The notes beneath the pieces were generated by a model that did not search any database, was not told the DNA's origin, and was given only the letters and a program-made list of their open reading frames with translations. A stretch of DNA of 64,000 nucleotides from Gnetum montanum (lineage: Eukaryota > Plantae > Gnetophyta). Position numbers and translations under genes: made by a program. Each line of letters opens with the position of its first letter. The first letter of the stretch is position 1. The stretch covers positions 254,378-318,377 of the forward strand of contig MNCI01002616.1 of assembly GCA_015680685.1 (NCBI GenBank), in the 5' to 3' direction. Below are positions 52,461-64,000 of the stretch, one piece after another.

Positions 52461-52720
52461 AGTTCAGAAGAAACTTATATTTCTTGGTGATTTTATGTTT
52501 TAAAGTCTTTAAGGTTTTTCATATGTTTAAAAAATGAGTAAAAGTAGAGAAAAAGAAATGCTATAATAAATAAGTAAAAATGCAAGTAGAAACTTAGGCA
52601 ACATGCATAAAGAGTAAAACCAAGTACATAAAAAGGTATCACAAATTAAGAAAGAAAGGTTAGTCTACATGACCATTAGTGCATCATGTTATAAGGATGT
52701 AGAGAGGTTAATGTGCACTT

Positions 52721-55700
52721 CACTTGTGTAGATTCTTCCTAATCTTTGAAAGATTATGGAATGAGTAAGGTCTACTTTGCACAAGTTTATATTCACCATC
52801 ACCTTCATTAATGATGTTAAAAGTAAGTTCATTCCATAGCGCATCTCATTACTTATCTTTGTTATTGTTGGCTTTCTATTCCCTCTTGGGTTGATGGATT
52901 TCATGATAAGGAGCTTCTTCTTGAAGCTTCAATTTAGACCCCTACTCTATGTTTACATTGTTGAAAGCCAAGGGAACTATGTTATCATTGTGAATGGTGA
53001 TTTCACCTCCCTTGTAAGGAAGGTGAATTTCTTGATGGATGGGTGAGGACACAGCCTGTAATTGAGCCAACCATGATCTTCCCAAAATAAGGTTGAATCT
53101 TAGTGTCTCCTCCACCACCAAGAAATTTGAAATTATGGGGATTTGATCTCCTACCAAAAAATCCAAGGAGATGAACCCCTTGACCCCAACACTAGATCTA
53201 TTAAAAGACTTAACGACAACTGTTGATGTAGGTTGTATCTACTTAGATCCAAGAATTCAACAATGGTGCATGAGATGATATTAGTTGTAGCTCCATCATC
53301 AACATGCACCCAATGCACTTTAAACTACCTTACACGTATGGTTATGAATAGAGGAGCCCTAGTTACTTCACCATTTTGAGGATTAACCTTGATCTTGCTA
53401 TCACAAAATACTAGGGATGTTTCCTTCTCCTCCCGTAGTGAGGAAGGAACCATCATTGCATGGATGTCTTCCTCCTCAGTAAGGATGTCCTCACTAATAG
53501 AGATGAAATTCAACATTTTTACTAATGCCTCATGATGTGTGGTAAGAGTCATGATTACGTCATACAAGCTTAGAGTTGTACTCTTCTACTTAAGGGATTG
53601 TCTAACTTGACCCATCGCTCTAAGGATGTTTTTATCATTGGTCACAAGCTTGTTACCCTAGTTTTCCTTTACTTCCTCCATATGCCACAACATTTGAACT
53701 TGAAATTTTGGTTGAGGTTGTTGGGGCTTTTCTTCATTCTTCTACTTATGGGCTTTAGAGTCCACTTATGGCTTGTTGGTTGAAATGGGTTGAGCATAGG
53801 ATGTCATGGATATAGCCGAAAGGAGAGTGGGCTTTGATGGATCCACTTCCTTTCATGCCTTCATCATCTTGTCACCCTTGCTTTTAGGCTTTTGCTTATG
53901 CTTCTTCCTTTGCTTGGTTAAGGTTTTCTAGTTGTTACTTGTTGGTTGTGAGGAAGAGACAATAACATTAGCCACCATAGGAGGTTATTGTGTAGTTGGT
54001 TGGGCTACAACTAGTTGGGTTGTGCCAGGTGGTTGTAGCCTAATGACAAAAAGATTCCTTGGAGACATTTGTAATGACACTCTTATGAAAAAGAGGGATC
54101 TTAAATTGGTGGAAGCTACATAAGCCATTTTCTCAGAAGGGAGTACTTGTATCGTGAATGGTTCTCTTTAGGGTCTCTAATCATCATCAATGTTGAATGT
54201 TGAAATAACATAAGGGTTATCATTAGCATTCAATAGGTCTTTGTAAACCTACATTGACTAATTTTATGGATGGACCAGGTTGGAAGCATCTAAGACTAGC
54301 TCCCCCTTATCTATCATCCTCTACAGGTCATCCTATAGTATGAGGCAAAAGTCTATGTCATGACCTAGAAATTGGTGATAATGATAGAAGCAATCTTGTT
54401 TGAAGTGCCTAGGCAATTGTGAGAGATCCTTTGTTGCTCAACTGGGGTCCTTTGCTATTTCACATAGCTGGTTATGCTTCTTTCAAGTGCCTTCGGTCAT
54501 CTGTTTGCATTTCATGCACTCACACTTTAGTATTTGGTCTAGCAACTCAAATGGCTTTAAAGGTAAGGTAGTGTACTTACTATGGTCTTTTTGCTAAAAA
54601 TTTGGCCTAGTTGTAGTCAATGTAGTGGTTTCAGAAGTTGATGGTTAGTTATTATGATCATTATTGGGGGCCTTGGGTGGGTTGGTCCTTGGCCCCTAGT
54701 TTGTGGTCTTTGCCTCTTTGGTCACAGGTGCTATGGTCATATTATTTTGTTTGTTTACTTCTTTGTCTCTCCATGTATGTTGATTTTTATATGCTATGTA
54801 GGCAAGATCATGATTAGCCTTCACATTATCCTCTATATTCCTAGTTTGGAAAAATTCTTGGCTAAGGAACCATAGGTCAAGTTAGTAGAACTTGAAGTTG
54901 ATAAAGTCATTAATCACTTGCTTAAATATAGCTAGAAGGTGTGCTTTGGCTATAGGTTTTTGAATTTGGTTCAGTAGCCCATTCCACCGTTGAATGAATT
55001 TTTACATGGGCTCTAGGGGTCCATGCTTAACTTTCATTAGTTGGTCAAGCATTGTGTTAGGCTTTAAGTTATACTTTAAGTTGTTGACAAACTAGGCTAT
55101 CAAGTCCTCTAAAGAGGATATGGATGCTCTAGGTATGGTGCAATACCAATCAAGTTCTTTCCCACTCAAGGACATCAAGAAAATTCTCATGATGGTATGA
55201 GGACATGGATGTAAGAGTAAGCATTCAAATCTAAAGGTTATAAGGTGATCATTAGGATCACCTTCTCCATTATACTTGCTAAATTGAGAAATCGGGACAC
55301 CAGAAGGCAGTATTAAGGGTGGGACCATAGGATTGATGGAATCATCCTAGTAGAAGTTCATAATCTTGACAGTTTGTGAAGTATAGTCTTTAAGCCTCTT
55401 CAACTCCTCTCTTAGGTCTTAGGTCATTTAGAAGGCTTGATCTAGACCTTATGATGGCCTTGTTGGCTATGGGGCTTGCACATATGGTTCTGGTGTCTAT
55501 TTTGAGGCCTATGGCCTCACTATGAATTGCAAAATAGAAGGAAGTGATTGTGTTATGGTTGTAGCTTATGGACCAAACAAGGAAAAGGAGATTTGTGTTA
55601 ATACCTGAGGCACAAATAAGATAAAGGGGGTGTGTGACCCCTAAGTTTCTTAGGCTCCCATGGTGAACCCTACATAAATAGTTAATGGATCTATGGTGAT

Positions 55701-56164
55701 GAAAACCACCATTGATAGTTGTACAGACTGGGGCTATGTAGTGAATGACATAGATGTGATATAATTTATTGGTTGTGGCATCGATTAGGTTTGATGAGTC
55801 ACTATGACTAGTGTGGGACCAACCATGGAATGGTAGGGGGAAGTGAAAGATGGAAACATCATGCCCATGAAGAAAATAAAGGCATGGGGGGAAAGCTCAG
55901 TGGCCATGGAGGTTACTTGTTGGAACAATCCCCCAAGATGTTTTCGGGCTTAGATTCTACCCTAAATTCATCATCCTCTTCTTGTTATTCCTTGGAGCTA
56001 TGTTTTTCATCCTCTTTCTCCATCTCAATCAATTAAACTAGGATACCCACATAGATATCGATTAGAGGTATTTGGTCATAGGAGGAAGGGATGTACTCTT
56101 TGCCATTATGGTGGATGAGTTTGAACTACCTTTTGGCTTCTACTTCTAAATGTGGAATCAGCAT
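52721..56164 (-). pseudogene. gag: C gag-protease
   Basis: FSKYNGEGDPNDHL..SLSGKELDWY..PRASISSLEDL; YHYHQFLGHDIDFC; protease VHVDDGATTNII and FNLILGRSWL. Confidence 0.9.
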
Positions 56165-57372
56165 GCCTGGCAAGATTTTGGCATAAATGTAGTTATATAT
56201 CAATCTTCATTTATGGCTATGAAATTAGAAATTTTCTCCCTAACCCTCAAATACTACCTACATTCAATGATAGCATGGTATTTGGGATCATAGACCCTCA
56301 TGGCTTGTTGGTTAGGACCTTCACCAATGAAGCTACGAGGCAACTTGGTGGACTATTGGAAAGACATGGCTATTTCATTAAATATGGCTTGAAACAAGCA
56401 TAAAAGGAAAAAAATAGAAGTAAATCCTAATAAGTGAAATTTAAAAATTATTAAAGAAAACAAAAGTGGCTAAAAATAAATCACTTTCTATAATTAGTAA
56501 GTTGGGGTAATGGGGGTACCCATTTACAAAAAATGAAAAGCTGGGAACTTTGGTGTTAAGCCTCATCCATGCTAGCCCCCCTAATTTCCTCTATGCTGGC
56601 TATGATAGTGGGGAAAAGAAGGAGGATGAGATTATGGGAATTTCACACCTTCTAATCCAGTGTTGATGAAGGGTAAATCTAAAAACCAAAGTGGAAAGTT
56701 GGTAACAAGCCTCACCAATGTTGACCCCTTAACAACCTCTACGCTAGATATGGCAAAGGAGGAAAGAAGAGGGGTGAGATGATGGAAATCTCATACCTTA
56801 TAATCCAACATTGATGGAAGGGGAAAAGGTTGAAAATAAAAGTGAAAAGTTGGTGTTCTTCCACTAAGACTAATTTTGGTAGGTTTCCAATTTTCTTAGC
56901 TTGGAAAGATGGGGAAAAGCCAACCTCTAGAAGTTTAATCATTTTTGGAAGGGTTGCACCACCCACTTTGGAAACTAGAAAAAATGGCATAAAAGAGAAA
57001 AAAAGAAAGGGAAAGGTATCAACACTAGCTTTTGATTGAAAAATTCACAACAATTACTGTGAAAAGCTAACATCCAACCACTTACAACTTCCACATTGTA
57101 GTTTTAATCACAGGGGGGAAGGGGCAGCATTAATTTTTTGAAGATTTTGGTAAGATGCCAATGTTGTTCTTGAAATTCATAGCAACTACTATGAAAATCA
57201 TGAAAATCCAAACACCTACAACTTCCACACTAGGATTTGATTATAGGGAAATGGGTTTCAACATTAGGTGTTGAAGGTTTTAAAAGTTTTTATGTTAAAA
57301 TTCCATATTTTTTCAATGGAAGGTAATGTTAGCAATGGGGAAAATTGATTTAGATGTAGAAATTGAATGAAG

Positions 57373-57390
57373 GCCCTCCGTATAGTGCTA
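57373..57390 (-). promoter_or_regulatory. PBS of C (tRNA-Asn type, decayed)
   Basis: Minus strand TAGCACTATACGGAGGGC, 6 nt after the LTR. Confidence 0.75.
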
Positions 57391-57396
57391 AAAAAA

Positions 57397-58688
57397 TTTT
57401 GTAGCTGGAAAAATAGATCATTGGAAAAACTAATAGATTTGGCACATCAACCTCAACCCCAAATCCCTAGGACCTTCACAAAATAGGATTCAAGGTGCCC
57501 TAGCCAGTTTGACAGATCAACTAGGGACTTTGAGGAGGGTAAAACAAGATAAATAATATGATTTTAGATCAAAGTAATATAAATGAACTAAAAATAAATG
57601 ACAAATTTAATTTGATTATAGACCAAAATTGTAAACTTTATTTTACAATGAATAAAATAAAGGAGAGTTAAGAGATTATGTACAAAGCAAAACTAAGAGG
57701 GAAATAGGGAGGTTCACTTGGGTGAGGGTTTAGGGTCCAATGAAGCAAATGTGTTCAACTCCATAATATAGATGTCCTACCACTTTTGATGTTGTTGAAC
57801 CTCCTTTGCTGCTACCTCTAGATCTACAACATTGGTCACTACTGGGAGTTGAGAAGTGTGAAGAATCCAAGCTACCCAGGTGCTCTATGTTGGGGGTTGG
57901 AGATCCTAGGAGTGCAACGTGGAGCTTGAAAACTCAAAAATCTCAAGGGAGGTTATAGGGTCACAAGGCCATAGGGGTTCCATACTAGGAATACCCAAGG
58001 AGAAACATTTATGCAAAGGTTTTCATATGCTCTCAGATCTGTCATAGTGTTGAACTATTGCTTGGAAAATACATGTATACTCAATTTATTCAAGTGTCAA
58101 AAGAGTGGAACTTGTAAATGGTGTTTGAGGTTGATTTTTATAGGTTTTAGGCCATGAATGGTGCTACAAAATGGTTTTAATTTGGCTGCACAATAGCTGC
58201 AAATTGGCTGTAATATTGCTATAAACTTTTGCCTCGTATAGGTGAGATGGGTGCCCAAATTTGGGGGGTTACCATATATATGAAGTGCCTTCCCACCATG
58301 GCCATTCTGTTTACTATAAATAGTAATGAGGGCACACCTTCCATGCTAGAGATGAATCTTTCATGATGAACCTTTTGGCATCCCCACTATATGGATTGCA
58401 TGGATTGCATGGAGCATTGAAATTTAGCTTTTGTGGTTTCCAACCCCNNNNNNNNNNNNNNNNNNNNNNNNNNNNNNNNNNNNNNACACTAGGTAACATT
58501 TTTCATTTGGGAAATGAGGCTTTAACCACTTATGAGGCATGTTTTTAGCTCCAAAAGTATGAAATATGTGAGATTACCCCTCATGGATTATAATATTCAC
58601 ATTTAGAATGAAGTTTTACCTTGAGTTTCATGGGGTGAATGTTACATGATGAAAATTGGCCATAACATGCAAATTTTGTGGTGTTTCA
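57397..58688 (-). repeat. 5' LTR of C (contains an assembly gap)
   Basis: Colinear with 41844-43325; ends GTGGTGTTTCA. Confidence 0.92.
58448..58485. other. Assembly gap (38 N)
   Basis: Run of n. Confidence 1.
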
Positions 58689-58693
58689 TGCAC

Positions 58694-58900
58694 CAAGCAC
58701 AATCAATGCCACAATCTACCACCTTTCATTTCTCAATGCCTTTATCCATCCATCCTTGATTAGTGTAATTATCATCAGTGGTGATTACCACCACCAATCC
58801 TTTAACCATCCAAATGGGATCCACCATGGAACCCCAAGTAGCCTAGGGGACACACACCTCCTTCATCTTATTTATGCATTACATACCAACACATTGACTT
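58694..58900 (+). pseudogene. gag: Continuation of F gag (Pro/Ser-rich region); similarity ends near 58900
   Basis: Aligns with the reverse complement of C 55600-55790. Confidence 0.75.
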
Positions 58901-60053
58901 CATTATGTTTTTTACCTTAATTTTGATGCAAAGAAAATGATATCTAGATAAAAATACTATAATATTCATCCATATTATATTCTACTATATTTATCTAGAA
59001 ATTTTGAGATCAAAATTTATAATAGTAGAGTAGAATATAACAGGATCTATCCATATTGTTCTATGTTATTTACATTATTTTGTTCTTTTTAGGATTTGGC
59101 CACACCTGAATTATGTGGTGTAGCAACCCACTATAGGTGTATCTTTGATATCCCAAACTTTCTTTTCTATCATTCCCCTTTTCTTAAATCCTTTTTAAGT
59201 ATCTAGCTAATGACATCTATAGCATGATTGCATATATAATGGTTTTTTTCTTTTCTTAATGGATTCTTCTTCATCCTTTCAATATTATTCATCAAGAAGG
59301 GATAATATTGTATTCATTGTTGAAGTTGGCATAAAAATACATCAAACGAGGTTAAAGTTCTAACTACTATTTTATCAAATTTGAAATTATATACCTCTAA
59401 TCAATCCTTCAAAGTTTGGCAATAGAATAAGATCTTTAAGGTGAGTATCCTACTAAAATTGAAACTATAGATTTGTCCAAAACTGGCACTATGAACATAA
59501 TCATATATTAAGACTTGATTATGGTATCATAGCTTAGGTTGACCATAAGTCATTTTCAAGTGAAAGGAATCCAACTATTTTTTGCACCAACGGGATTTCT
59601 CATATAGAATGTAGTATGATTTCATCATAAGCTTTGAAGATGATGTTGAGTGGATTGGCACAAACACTCATGGATATCATTGTGTTTGATAAAAATAAAA
59701 AATATTATAATAAATATAATAAAATGGAACCCATTTTTCTACAGTGAGATATAGAGAAAATATTTATAATTTTATGTGTTATAATTTTTAGAGGTTTTAC
59801 AATTATAATGAATAAAATAATAATAAATACACTTGTATCACAATCCCTCTTAGAGAATAGCATAATGCTCATGTTACAATCCCTCTTGGATACAAGTGTA
59901 ACATCACACATGAAATGTCATGTAGTTTTGAAATCCTTAGATAAGGAACAAATCATCATAACTCAATCACATAGAAATTATATAATTATTTTTATTATTT
60001 TTAATATTTAAGACATTAACAATGGAATAAGATAAACCATAAGCTTTATTCAC

Positions 60054-61615
60054 TGTGTAAACACTAGACTCTACATCAACCTAATGGTTTTGGAATATGT
60101 AAGGAAGGTAGCACTTTGATAGAGTCTAGCTACACTTGTGAAAGCAATGACTCAAATCACACATAAGATAAGGAAGAAAATCAACTTACCTAAGGGAGGA
60201 AGATATCTTCACACAAAACTAGATTCCCAAATTAAAATGAAATCAAAGTTATCAAATCATAGATATTTATAGTTTTCATGCTGAAATAGAGAAGGTTCGT
60301 CAATGATAAGGCATCAACGAAGACCTGTCAATACAACCCAAGCTAATCCTAGTTGCACAAAAGACAAAGCTAGGAAACGCAAGCCTAGCATGGGATGCAT
60401 CATCACCCCTACACTAATTCAAGAGATGCATTATTATAGGGTTGTGAATGCACCCCCTCCCCAAATCACACTATGAATTAATAATTCTAACTTAAATTTG
60501 AAACCCAAGGAAGCATGTGGAAAGGATCAAAGAACATCTAAATAAAATTAGAATCATCCTAAAGACCTTGGAATCATGCACATAACCTCAAAGTATGATG
60601 AAGAGAATCAAGGTATATTTTGATGAGGATCTCCCATGGATTCGACAATCCAAGCTCTCTCAAAGTTATAACATAGCAAATTGAATAAGAAAAAGGAAAA
60701 TGAAAGCTTTATTCTTGCTCAAATTAAGAAATTACAATTGAAAGAAAGCACAATTCCCAAAGACAAACAAGGGATTCAATCCAACTCTCACACACTCCAT
60801 CAAAGCAATTACACACATACAAGGATGATCATCAAGGTACCTTTCCAAGACTCTAACTCTCCTTCTACTCTTTTCTCAACTCTCTACACTATCTCTTTCT
60901 CTCTCTAGACTCACTTCAAACTCTCTTGATCAAAATGAAGGCCCAAAAGGTCCATTTATATCTTTTCCCCCTTGTCTCTTCATCTTCCCTCCAATTTATG
61001 ATTCAATTTAATGTCCATTAAAATCCGTGGAAGATGTGTATAAGAAATAAGAGACATCTTTCTCAAGTGAAGAGGTCTCAAAGTAGACATCATCAAATCA
61101 TGTGGGACATCTCAAAAACGATGTCTAACATGTAGATGGGACATCTCACTTATAGATGGGATGTCTCCTCTATAAGGCCAAAATACAAAGATGCTTGTTT
61201 CAAGGCCTAGAACCTCCAAACACCTTCAAACAAGTCCCCATAGCCCTTGGAACACCCTAAAGTCATCAAAATAGGTTCAAAACACTCTTAAATATGCCAA
61301 CACTATATGGAAAGATCCCATCAATGGAAAGATGCTACTTTGGCCTATTTGATGTCCACATCAAATTTCAAGAGAACAAGAACATTGATCAAACTTACTA
61401 GATTATAAACACAGGATACATGAAATACTAACCCAAATCTAGGACTCATAATTGATGTATAAATTATCACTAGATGCTTCATCATTTTTCCATAACTAGA
61501 TAAAACAAATGCCATAGCTTTAACACTCAAGACACAATGACTAGAACTAAACACATAACAAGGTCAATGTGGAGGAATACAATTGTATAAACACTTTAAC
61601 AAAAGATGCATTACA
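60054..61615 (-). repeat. Possible LTR of an unrelated element; 61616-64000 would be its internal 3' region
   Basis: Minus strand starts TGTAATGCATC at 61615. TATA-like ATATAAATGG near 60952-60961 is followed by a GA-rich tract. Short GGGACATCTC repeats at 61050-61170. No partner LTR in the window; left boundary uncertain. Confidence 0.35.
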
Positions 61616-64000
61616 AAGTTACCACATTGAGAAGATGGGCTAGGGGATTATGGCTAACAAAAAGAGTTCCCTAACTTGCTTGCAAGCTAAAGATGCCTTA
61701 GGCTTGATGGAATGATCTTTGATAAGTCTTTTGACTTATATATGATTTTGCATTATTATTCATGCCCCTTACTTGTGGTTCAAAAATGTCATCCTTTCAC
61801 CTCAAAATCTTTCTTTTGAAAGACTTTTCAAGTCCTAGTTTAGATAGGTGTTCTTCAATTAGACTTAAATACTATTTTCTTCATGGGCCTCAAGGGTGCA
61901 TCTGCCCTAACTTGTTAGACTCTAACAATGCCAAAAACCATGTGAAATATTTATGAATTAAGCCACCATTGAAAAAACTATGCATGACAAAAATGGTAAG
62001 TATAATTTCCAAAGAAAACATAAAGAATAAACTTATAGCCTAATATCAAACATGTATATGGGTATGATAAATAAGATTGAAAACACATATTTCATAGTGT
62101 CTCTCCTTCATAACTAATCTATAAGATACAAGCCTTGAATAATACAAATTAAATACATGTACTAAATAACACAATCACAATAATTAAAGGCATGAACATA
62201 GGAATCACCAAATCAAAAGTTTCTACAACACACAATATCATCAACCAAACAAAACAAGATATGTAAGATCATGAAGTATAACTTAGTGAGACATCCAATT
62301 TCTAATCAAAATACACAAGCAAAAAACAAAGATGAAAGAAAATACTTTTGGTCAGACCCTTATGCTCATCAATTCATAATCACACACATGAAAGGCTAAT
62401 CAAATACCTTATTCCATGCAACCATCACCATCCTGGAAGTTAAGTTGAGCTCAATCACTCATAATGCCAAGCCATTAAGGATTCACAAGTGGATCCTCCT
62501 CATAATAAGCATATTCTTATCTTTCCATTGTGAAGCCCATTAATGGAACACCCATGGATTCCCAATAACTAATGAGACATTAGCATCCAACATAAGTTCA
62601 TCCCCTTGAATAGCCAAATTTCATTCTCAACTTTACCTTATCAACTTTCTATCATACATAATAATGGATACGAAATGGAATGGAAGGGATGGACAATGCA
62701 ACATAGAAAAGAAAGAGAAGGTGATAGTGCAACATCACTAGATCTCTAGCCAACCATTCAATTAGCTCATAGAGCACATGAGCACATTCTACAGCCTACA
62801 AGAGATCCACTACCACATCCATTTATCATTACTCATTCATACAATGGGAATACGTCTTTAAGTCCTCCTTCTAAGTGCAAGGTCACACATATCTCTACCA
62901 ATTCCATCTAGTGTTGATTATTATGTAGTCTAAACATTGGTGAAATCAAACCAAGGCAACATGCTACATGACATATAGTAGTCAAGATTCCAACTTAATT
63001 TTCCTTCATCTATGCATGTATGCATAGTAGGCTCACTAAATTTTTCTTTACCAAAACCCCCTTATTCAATCTACTTGGCTAAGCTAACCAATCCTAATTC
63101 TAATAGAGATTACTATGTCATGTCCAAGAAATAATCAAGCTGGTCATGGTTTGGATCAACAATTACATATTATAACCCCTGGGAACATATGAATTTAGGA
63201 ATTAGATGAGAGTATGAGTTTCCATTAACAAAGTTCACTAAGAGAAAGACTTCTAGGCCTCCATGGCCATGGTTAAGGATGGAGTATAATATTATCTTAG
63301 ACTATTACATTTTGTAAATCAAGTAATCCAAGAAATGGTTTAAATTTGAGAAAGGCTTAAATGGGTATTAGTTTGACCAATAATTTCTGGTTTGGTTAAG
63401 GAATCATAGGATTGTTTAGAATGGTAAAAATACCAACTTGTGTGGACTAATAACATGGAGTTACAATGCTCTTTCATCACATATTCTTTTCATCACTATT
63501 ATTTTATTATTATTATTTTATTTTCTTTTCATTTTCTTTCTCATATTATTTTCTTTTTATTTTTTCATATTTTTCTTTTTATTCATATTTCATCTTTTAT
63601 TTTCATTTTCTGTAATGAGAAGATTTTTTTTATGGTGCATGGGAATGATGGAAGTAATTAATCTATTCTTTGACTTGCACAAACATAAAAATTCATCCCT
63701 CACCACATAACATGCACAAGTTCATGAGATCACAAACCTCCTCTAACCAAGGTGGCTAGGCATGGTAGCACATGCACTTACGTCCAATCATATTGATTAG
63801 ACCCATTTAGTGGTAACAAGGATCCTTAAGAACATACCCTTCACTTACTAGTAACCAAGGACTTCTTCAAAATTTCAAAGCTCACATCCTAAGATGTGGA
63901 CCTATTACCTGTGCATGGCTCTAGTAGCATTAGCTTCAATAGCTTACACTGTGAGTCTTAGCTCCCCACTGAATCTAAGCATAGTTCATTGGTTTGAATT

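Larger units (their letters stand above)
41844..58688 (-). mobile_element. Element C: full-length (~16.8 kb) Tat-lineage gypsy retrotransposon with TSD TGCAT/TGCAC
   Basis: Paired LTRs, TSD at 41839-41843 and 58689-58693 (1 transition), PBS, PPT, gag-pro and pol; the host gag rejoins in frame. Confidence 0.92.

Noticed and set aside
63438-63710. Phe/Ile-rich ORFs
   Set aside because: Translation of a low-complexity T-rich tract.

Overview
Eukaryotic (plant-type) heterochromatic DNA with no intact host gene. Bases 1-58900 are six nested, heavily decayed copies of related Ty3/gypsy Tat-lineage LTR retrotransposons (pol order RT-RH-aRH-INT, LTRs beginning TGAAAYA, tRNA-Asn PBS). I label them D (1-2362, -), B (2363-7514 plus 26665-32139, +), A (7515-26659, -, complete, TSD TTGGC, inserted in the RT of B), E (32140-39155, -), F (39156-41843 plus 58694-~58900, +) and C (41844-58688, -, complete, TSD TGCAT/TGCAC, inserted in the gag of F). 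The main find is the family architecture. gag-protease and RT are separated by a ~6 kb intron-like spacer that ends in a splice acceptor. The spacer carries a multi-exon gene on the opposite strand, seen in A, C and E with conserved protein motifs and conserved intron positions. It is bracketed by arrays of the same short repeat (GGCCTTAAACTAGC) that also follows integrase. Bases 58900-64000 are AT-rich and probably part of an unrelated LTR element (low confidence). All ORFs are broken by stops and frameshifts, mostly CpG/CHG transitions. Translations, alignments and coordinates were done by eye and no database search was run.
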